Assembly: GCA_001799635.1 (NCBI GenBank)
Contig: MGTV01000008.1
Span: 879 to 64,878 of the forward strand
From: Elusimicrobia bacterium GWA2_62_23
GTDB taxonomy: Bacteria > Elusimicrobiota > Elusimicrobia > Elusimicrobiales > UBA9959
Direction of reading: 5' to 3'
Length of the DNA: 64,000 nt
Under the pieces are notes generated by a model. The model made no database searches and had not been told where the DNA came from. It worked only from the letters and a program-made list of their open reading frames with translations. Below are positions 62,701 to 64,000 of this stretch, piece after piece. The position numbers and the translations under genes are program-made. The number at the start of each line of letters is the position of its first letter. Within the stretch, counting starts at the first letter, position 1.

Positions 62701-64000
62701 GCTTTCGGCTTCTTTGGCGTTGAAAGTTTCCACTAACACCGAGACTTGCGGAGGAGTCTCTCCCTGCGGCGCTACCAACCAGGTGGTCTTCGCTTTTACC
62801 GACACGGCCGGTAACTCCGCTAACGCCGGCCCCTACGCCATTATTTCCGTCCCGCCGCTGAGCGCGGACGACGTTACCCCTTTGCGTTCCACCGGGGTCT
62901 GGTACCATACTTCCACTTTCGGCTTTACCTCCGCTCAGGTCAACGCCGCTTATTATCGCTATGCCTGGATAGACTCACCTTCTTACGCTTGGACCTATTC
63001 CGAGCCGGTCTGGTCCACTCCGGATATGGATTTGAGCGCTTTGTCTTCCGCCGCTACCTGGTATCTTCACCTCCTGCCCTATAATTCCGGCGGTACTTTT
63101 GGCGCTTCACGCGTCATAGGGCCTTTCCTTTATGACGGCGTGGCGCCGTCCCCGTCCTTCTTCCATACCTATAACTCCACCGGCGGGGTAATAGCCGAGC
63201 CCGGCTTTAATAACCTTACCTCCGCGGTTACCGCCCAGCTCTCCGTCTGGGAAGGCCTCAGCGGGCTGTCGTTGCGCTTCTATGAACCCGGACAGGACGT
63301 GTTTTCCGCCGCTGCCAGGAGCTTTGAGGAGGGGACTCTGCCGGCGCAGATGGTTACCGGGGGGAACGCTCCCTGGTATGTCGTATCCGGCACCGCGGCG
63401 GCCGGAACCTATTCGGCCCGCAGCGGCGACATAACGGAAGGCGGCCAATCCTACATGTACTTCTCCGCGGATACAACGGAGGGGGAGATCTTCTATTACC
63501 GGCTTATTGATACCGAGAGCCGCTACGATAACCTGCGTTTCAGTATAGACGGCGTAGAGGTTTCCTCCCGTTCCGGCGGCTTGCCTTGGGCGAAAGAGAG
63601 TTTTCCCGTCAGCGCAGGGCGGCATACCTTCATGTGGGTTTACGTTAAAGACCTCTGGGATACCGAGCTGTCGGACACGGTATGGGTGGACCAGATAGAA
63701 CTCCCTTCAACGGCCACCGTGCAGGTGCAGTATTCCACCAGTGCCGGCAACAACTGGCTGCCGGTGCAATCCACGGTGCCGGCCGCTTCGCCCTACCTGT
63801 CGCTTACCGGCTTCGACGGCACCTTGTCCACCCAGACCTTCAAGGTCTATAACATGCAATTGGCGCCTTCCACCAGCGCCGTGGTCTGCGCGGGGGCCTC
63901 CCCCTGCGACGCCACCAACCAGGTGCGGTTCTTCCTTGGCGACCACGCGGGAAATTTGATGACGGCCGGTCCTTATTCGGTGCTGGTCGACACCGCCCCC
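47774..64000 (+). CDS. Giant secreted modular repeat protein, 3' end beyond the window (at least ~5,400 codons). Not present in the supplied ORF track
   Basis: The frame with codon starts congruent to 2 mod 3 is open from ATG 47774/47783/47831 to base 64000. I hand-translated 47783-50370 and 51542-56000 and found no stop. The track lists no + ORF in this frame after 47705, as expected for an ORF that never closes. The N-terminus MGAVFAALLLSSVLFAPEGVRAQA is a signal peptide. Conserved protein modules recur 11 times. Confidence 0.85.
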   Translation, partial: MYVMNECRYNNRCSRSRIRMGAVFAALLLSSVLFAPEGVRAQAVPDGIVSSKSTSTCHNTNSFNFYSSFSGASYYRYVWDTSPTHTWTHAETQWSSGVLNLTAASEGTWYFHAMAYDSGGVPGTDIHLPLIYDITLPVVSGFSSLNSSGGTVTESQYNNLASGVTVQITVQDALAGLIVTTAAVPGDMLGFPGGVSVAYSNDAGRNWAYDTVVLSSDGAKTSIFCLAVYNGRLYAGQTGSTGDGDVLVYDGSSWSVSYNGSQTGIYSLAAYNGKLYAGQGQGTGLGDIYVFDGASWSLNYDTSRDITISMAVYNGKLYAGWGDDLGEGDIYAYDGTSWVFSYNGGQEYIRALAVYNNKLYAGQGSGTGDGDVLSYNGTSWGTSYNGAQEYITSLSVYNGKLYAAQGSSTGDGDVFVYDGSSWTTSYNGSQEVAYLGVYGGKLYAGEGTGTGDGDMLAFDGTRWGRVANTDYSYVYALTGYDGSLFTAMGSGTPMGDILRSAPAAPATLTGTDGTTAAQTLSAVVSLSASTNTQTCAGAEPCGATNQVIFTAMDRAGNVRRAGPYAVLLSVTPSAAEVVPGKSTGVWYHTSSFTFSSSFKDAAYYRYAWDTSATHSWTYSEPQWTAWVLSPAGVSGAAGNYLHLLPYNIEGTYGTSRDIGPFYLDASSPVASGFVSYSSTAGVMGEAQVNGLLSGVTVQVTVQDILSGLLLSTAAVPADLAAGPGGFGMMYSQDSGTTWTVNVASVSFDGAEEYIFALAAYNGKLYAGQGNGTGNGDVYVYDGVSWSLSYDGAQEAIYSLAVYNGKLYAGQGYSTGDGDVLVFDGSTWGVSLDNPFVSYVYAMTEFQGKLYAAFSSPGSVYSFDGSSWTKVYDYNTTLADMAVYDGKLYLAAMYYILVFDGNYWGITYDAGATYVKKLAVYNNRLYAGLGGSTGTGDVLVYDGKSWAMSFDGTQEYIVSLFPHDGRLYAGQGSGTGDGRIYVLNGATWTLAYSGLQEYIYSMAAYNGKLYAGQAYSSGDGDVIEFAPASSVTLSGSDGSVVPQTLAGTANFKLSATADTCSGTFPCSATNQVIFTATDKAGNVRTAGPYAVLVAGPPNSSDVDALKSTGVWHSSGTFPFVSGFSAAAYYRYVWDNSVSHDWTGGETQWPSGVLSLDAAAEGADWYFHAVPYDILGSSGPDRHIGPLRFDATPPAVSAFASFSSTGGLLGESQFNDLLAGVTVQLVVQDLLSGLAVSTLAPVTELPGGLQAFSVAYSSDAGHAWNTLSTATSYNASQEAFYSLAVYGQKLYAGQASEAGDGDVFSFDGTSWVKTFDGTQETISCLAVYQGKLYAGQGTGTGDGDVYVYDGISWQLSYDGPRNIISSLAVYKDKLYAGQGSSSGYGDVLVFDGSSWSVSYDGAQEYIFSLAVHQGRLYAGQGNGAGDGDVLVYDGINWTVSYDGAQEIINTLAVYDGKLYAGQGYNAGDGDVLAFDGTAWGVSYDGTQEGIYSLQQHGGKLYAGQGNGSGDGDLLVYDGASWTLAWNGPQEGLYSLASYKGRLYSGQGISSGDGDVLEFSPFPAVLSGADGTIALQTASSTVRLALSSNTQTCGGVEPCGATNQVRFYFADLAGNVTRAGPFAVVTRIPPSAQNVVSLRSTGTWYNAAAGDFTFTSDFQQAVYYRYAWDASPTRVWAHDETQWLSGNLALAGADGQDRYLHLLPHDLSDSSGTPVDLGPFRLDSTAPSVSGYNWVSSTGGLMSESQFLTLATGATFQVLAQDSASGLMVSSYIPTVGFEGGSLPSGFSSGGNLPWTVSSLIPYAGSYAVRSGNIGNSQSSWLRFQGELQAGFLNFWFKLSSQSSSDYLRFYIDGEQRSAWSGVLAWSEVSYEVAAGQHILEWVYVKDASSYSGDDEAWVDQITFPGTYMAAEYSLDAGTTWAEVRDFSAGAIPGLALTGVNGTVAQQTASLFSPAFKVSTNTQTCGGVEPCGATNQIRFGIPDRAGNTTYAGPYAVLLTLAPEASDVAVSKSTGVWHNTSSFTFTSAFPTAVYYRYALTNSPAHVWTFSETQWLSGALTLEIPAGSSDWYFHALPYDILNGSGTPASLGPFRVETASPALSGFYVYSSTGGIFPEGEFVDLAAGVTAQILVQDVLSGLLVSTSVPPAGGTYGPGGFGVLFSKDAGQTWSSDLPATTFNGAQEYVFSLAAYGGKLYAGQGIGTGDGDVLVFDGSSWQISYNGTQEVIRALVVYDGKLYAGQGSGTGDGDVLVYDGNSWAVSHDGSRPSVLSLSVYAGRLYAGLGGSTGDGDVMVFDGSSWTLSYAGAQEGIYCLAVYDGKLYAGQGYSNTDGDIYVFDGVSWTKSFEGSSYFIRSLAVYNGKLYAGQEGSSTTGGDIYSFDGKSWINVFEGVGYGVQSLAVHDGKLYAGLGKESYSTVADIYVFDGVTWRQMHDGPDGFGYFALAPYNGRLYAGSGWSGDILVFSPAAVSSLTGTDGTASQQTLSTRLDLRTSTNTQTCGGISPCGATNQVKFFAMDLAGNVAMGGPYALLISSTPSADDAWVSVSTGGWYTAVPLSVFSPFSRAAYFRYSLDAAASREWTFAEPVWSSGTLSLGIPADGTDWHVHLLPYDLLDSSGAARSIGPFRYDAQPPVFSAFASYSSTGGLLGEAQFNDLVSGVTIQISVQDVLSGLLVSSAGVQGWGPFAPGGFRAEYSADSGATWQEDTLSVSFDGVFYEITCFAVYNGKLYAGQGRYSGAGDIYAFDGVSWTLVYNGSYDEVSSLAVFEGKLYAGMGNASSSGDIYVYDGATWVLSYNGQASSVHALSVYGGRLYAALGGYAGVGDILVHDGAAWSVSYDGDLTYAYALAVYEGRLYAGFGGSTGDGDIMAYDGHSWTLSYDGSQEGFFCLAVYDGKLYAGQGNGSGDDDTYVYDGSSWSLSRAGSGYIVYSLAVSGGRLFSGGGFPPNYGGTAPSDIFIYDGSAWTQLYDGTGLYDTVSALAAYGGRLYAGMGDDSGKGDILAFSPVAVASMTGTDASTSQELLRLSLDLRASVNSVTCGGVAPCAATNQVRFKASDMAGNVVHSGPYAVITSPEPDASEVTASLTTGTWNTASSSAVFSSSFLKAAYYRYVWDTSASHEWTYAESAWTSAAHSLYLTPVPGAANWLHLLPYNVSDSSGSPRDIGPFNFDGDLPAASSFAFRSSTGGLLSEPQFSDLLSGVTVQLSWQDPSSGLAVSTYTLSGLRYSNDAGATWVPYQWEQIRTGLDTHVHAMAVHQGKLYVGTGSGTGRVYSYDGYAWALVYDGPDSYMNALASYNGLLFAGGDSGNVMVYDGNSWKLSFDSPAETVKSFQVYNGKLYVGTGYNTGAVYAYDGASWVFKFSYADEVSTMAVYDGKLYAGFGNDSGEGDIYAYDGSSWVLSYNGSGSSVMSLAAYAGKLYAAMITTCEIYQFDGTVWSLNFTGGGNFFPSLVEHDGKLYAGLGYGSGEGDVYEFNGSSWSSSFNSSEDTVGAMAVYRGEIYVGTGYHGHIYKLRSYSVPEVTGVSGTTEQQVMSGLVSLSASTNTETCGGAAPCGATNQVKFYAADTAGNLSFAGPYAVLAAPEASAADAAANFSTGAWTSRSTFSFNSSFIQAAYYRYVWDASPAREWVYTEPQWLPSSATLSFQAAEGANYLHLLPYNVLGSSGAPRDLGPFLFEAASPTAAAFFTISSTGGALSEAQFNALVEGVTAQLTVRDLLSGLSVSTWAAVYEGFETGTLPLGWETGGNLPWYTQSGVQFAGGHAARAGLLAPSQVSWLQATVQNFVPGQFSFRRYGQAGDSWFRFWIDGASKGYWFAETSGWVQESYAVSAGSHTLLWQYLTNSNPGLNLLLLDDITFLRRPSWAEYSLDAGVTWKQAGTVSLTGAEGSTEDQTLSALFTLRASSNTETCGGSSSCGATNQVRFYVSDQAGNVRQAGPFAVITSPVPHALDVQSGRSTGTWYSVPKFTFQSEFFGAAYYRYVWDTSDSYEWTYAEPQWGAGNLSLSAVTSGAGYYLHLLPYNVSDSSGAPRHLGPFFFEGDIPSGSSFATVSSTGGLLSESQPTALSAGVTVQFTLQDVLSGLLVSEGGAPSEYPFQAGGFRISYSRDAGATWSSESTVVSHYSSAIGVHCLTVHDGKLYAGHGEDDELGQGDIFVYDGSSWSLSYEGQEVSIRALASYGGKLYAAQYGWDEGDGDILVFDGGSWSVSYDAVVYGGIESLWAFGGKLYAGTLSWDVLGDILVFDGGSWKLDFATGKDAVAAFATYNGELFAGVGYDDANGNGDIYVRRGNSWEGSFDGNEISIRDFAVYGGKLYAAQYGWDTGDAVLLVYDGEQWTQHSTFDVYVGVASLSVYNGRLFAGIGDFSWDPDGEVYSYDGEVWTRIYDGAKMAIKDLAVYDGSLYGAEYGYSPGEASVLRLSDPVRASITGSDGTTAAQTFSAVLDLSPSADGAVCAGVAPCSATNQVKFTATDRAGNVGIYGPYAVIAASAASAADAVAERSTGAWHNTPGFSFRSGFGGALYYRYAWDTSPSRSWTGTEPQWTSTSPALHVRAAAEGADHYLHLLPYNYLDGEGPPRDIGPFRFEMAAPAPSGFSSVSSTGGYMSESQENDLAAQVQVRLSLQDILSGLSVLPDAPHGPAGFPAGGFSVRYSNDAGATWSAGVASLSFAGPTEDITALAVYNGKLYAGQGYDDMDDEGDVYVYDGNAWALSLNGYKVAIRCLAVYDGKLYAGQYGWEYGDGRVYVFDGNTWEISLAPSLAISAQDLAVYNGKLYAGLYGWWDDDEGDVYVFDGKTWRISFDGITDGIAALAVYDGKLYAGEGYWGDTGEGDVRVFDGNSWKLSFDGGATTINSLAVYDGRLFAGQTGAGGDGDVYVYDGSAWVLSLDGETEGFSSLCVHNGRLYAGAGYWGSEGDGDMYAYDGASWRLEFEGPAAAIRAMASYGGALYYGETGYDPGDGRVMRLLDSPSAALTGTEGTASPQTLSASLALKVSTNTETCGGVSPCGATNQVVFAFTDTAGNSANAGPYAIISVPPLSADDVTPLRSTGVWYHTSTFGFTSAQVNAAYYRYAWIDSPSYAWTYSEPVWSTPDMDLSALSSAATWYLHLLPYNSGGTFGASRVIGPFLYDGVAPSPSFFHTYNSTGGVIAEPGFNNLTSAVTAQLSVWEGLSGLSLRFYEPGQDVFSAAARSFEEGTLPAQMVTGGNAPWYVVSGTAAAGTYSARSGDITEGGQSYMYFSADTTEGEIFYYRLIDTESRYDNLRFSIDGVEVSSRSGGLPWAKESFPVSAGRHTFMWVYVKDLWDTELSDTVWVDQIELPSTATVQVQYSTSAGNNWLPVQSTVPAASPYLSLTGFDGTLSTQTFKVYNMQLAPSTSAVVCAGASPCDATNQVRFFLGDHAGNLMTAGPYSVLVDTAP
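48440..49279 (+). repeat. Propeller-like array 1: seven ~41-aa (~123-bp) blades, consensus xxSLAVYNGKLYAGQGxGTGDGDVxVYDGSSWxxSYDGxQE
   Basis: Seven consecutive blades read in the translation. Confidence 0.75.
50030..50851 (+). repeat. Propeller-like array 2 (seven blades)
   Basis: Same blade consensus. The central blades are more degenerate. Confidence 0.7.
51602..52447 (+). repeat. Propeller-like array 3 (seven blades)
   Basis: Seven clean blades read in the translation. Confidence 0.75.
53090..53482 (+). repeat. Jelly-roll-like module J1 (paralogues at 58946-59332 and 63317-63709)
   Basis: VGFEGGSLPSGFSSGGNLPWTV...SYAVRSGNIGNSQSSWLRF...LRFYIDGEQRSAW...GQHILEWVYVKD...AWVDQITFPG. The same pattern (FExGxLPxGW..GGNxPW ... 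W(V/L)DxIxxP) occurs in all three copies. Confidence 0.7.
54311..55159 (+). repeat. Propeller-like array 4 (seven blades)
   Basis: Blade consensus as above. Confidence 0.7.
55907..56776 (+). repeat. Propeller-like array 5 (seven blades)
   Basis: Blade consensus as above. Confidence 0.7.
57503..58303 (+). repeat. Propeller-like array 6 (about seven blades, more divergent)
   Basis: Blade consensus as above. Confidence 0.65.
58946..59332 (+). repeat. Jelly-roll-like module J2
   Basis: YEGFETGTLPLGWETGGNLPWYTQ...WFRFWIDGASKGYW...GSHTLLWQYLTN...LLLDDITFL. Confidence 0.7.
60134..61015 (+). repeat. Propeller-like array 7 (about seven blades, variant with YGWDxGDG loops)
   Basis: Blade consensus as above. 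Confidence 0.65.
61772..62660 (+). repeat. Propeller-like array 8 (seven blades)
   Basis: Blade consensus as above. Confidence 0.7.
63317..63709 (+). repeat. Jelly-roll-like module J3
   Basis: RSFEEGTLPAQMVTGGNAPWYVV...LRFSIDGVEVSSRS...GRHTFMWVYVKD...VWVDQIELPS. Confidence 0.7.

Noticed and set aside
50318-62908. Long antisense ORFs inside the giant gene (50318-51553, 55448-56950, 57746-59017, 61526-62908; 411-500 aa)
   Set aside because: Their translations are Gly/Arg/Pro/Val-rich low-complexity strings mirroring the sense repeats. In GC-rich repetitive coding sequence the antisense frames often lack stops. They have no start context or motifs.
48423-63959. All + strand ORFs the track lists in this span (for example 48423-48947, 52131-52553, 58038-58826), read as independent small genes
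   Set aside because: They lie in the two + frames other than the continuously open one (codon starts congruent to 2 mod 3). Their translations are Pro/Thr/Arg-rich with no recognisable domains, whereas the unlisted frame gives conserved repeated domains. They are off-frame shadows of the giant ORF.

Overview
GC-rich bacterial chromosomal window. I cannot assign a taxon from sequence alone, and all family calls rest on motifs read by eye, not on searches. The left 34.8 kb is mostly ordinary. It holds the 3' tail of a prepilin-peptidase-like gene, tRNA-Tyr and tRNA-Leu(CAG), and a [NiFe]-hydrogenase maturation cluster hypC-hypD-(LysR)-hypE-(membrane protein)-hypF. It continues with a secreted C11 peptidase, a nikR-led putative nickel-uptake operon, DUF882 peptidase, cNMP and receiver-domain signalling proteins, a secreted trypsin-like protease and an RlmI-like methyltransferase. 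Next are a trehalose cluster (sensor-fused otsA, otsB, a DUF protein, a treT-like GT4) and a ~2.9 kb integrase-less islet (Fic + AbiEi/AbiEii) bracketed by 95-bp direct repeats beside tRNA-Glu. The rest is an M23-peptidase/bactofilin envelope cluster, an ABC exporter, a polysaccharide deacetylase, tRNA-Leu(CAA), and a minus-strand operon of three response regulators, a small membrane protein, a cNMP-binding protein and an AI-2E transporter. The right 29 kb (34885 to the window end) is the unusual part. It is a single co-directional cluster of secreted repeat proteins of 362, 684, 381, 1419, 181 and 1163 aa built from shared tail-fibre-like and YadA-head-like modules. The cluster ends in a giant ORF starting at about 47774-47831 that is missing from the supplied ORF track because it never reaches a stop codon inside the window. 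That ORF has at least ~5,400 codons and is still open at base 64000. It is built from 11 super-modules of 1.1-1.6 kb, each with a YYRYxWD domain, an Asp-box segment, either a 7-bladed propeller of ~41-aa repeats or a jelly-roll-like module, and a Cys-pair domain. Every ORF the track lists across 47.9-64 kb is an off-frame or antisense shadow of this gene.
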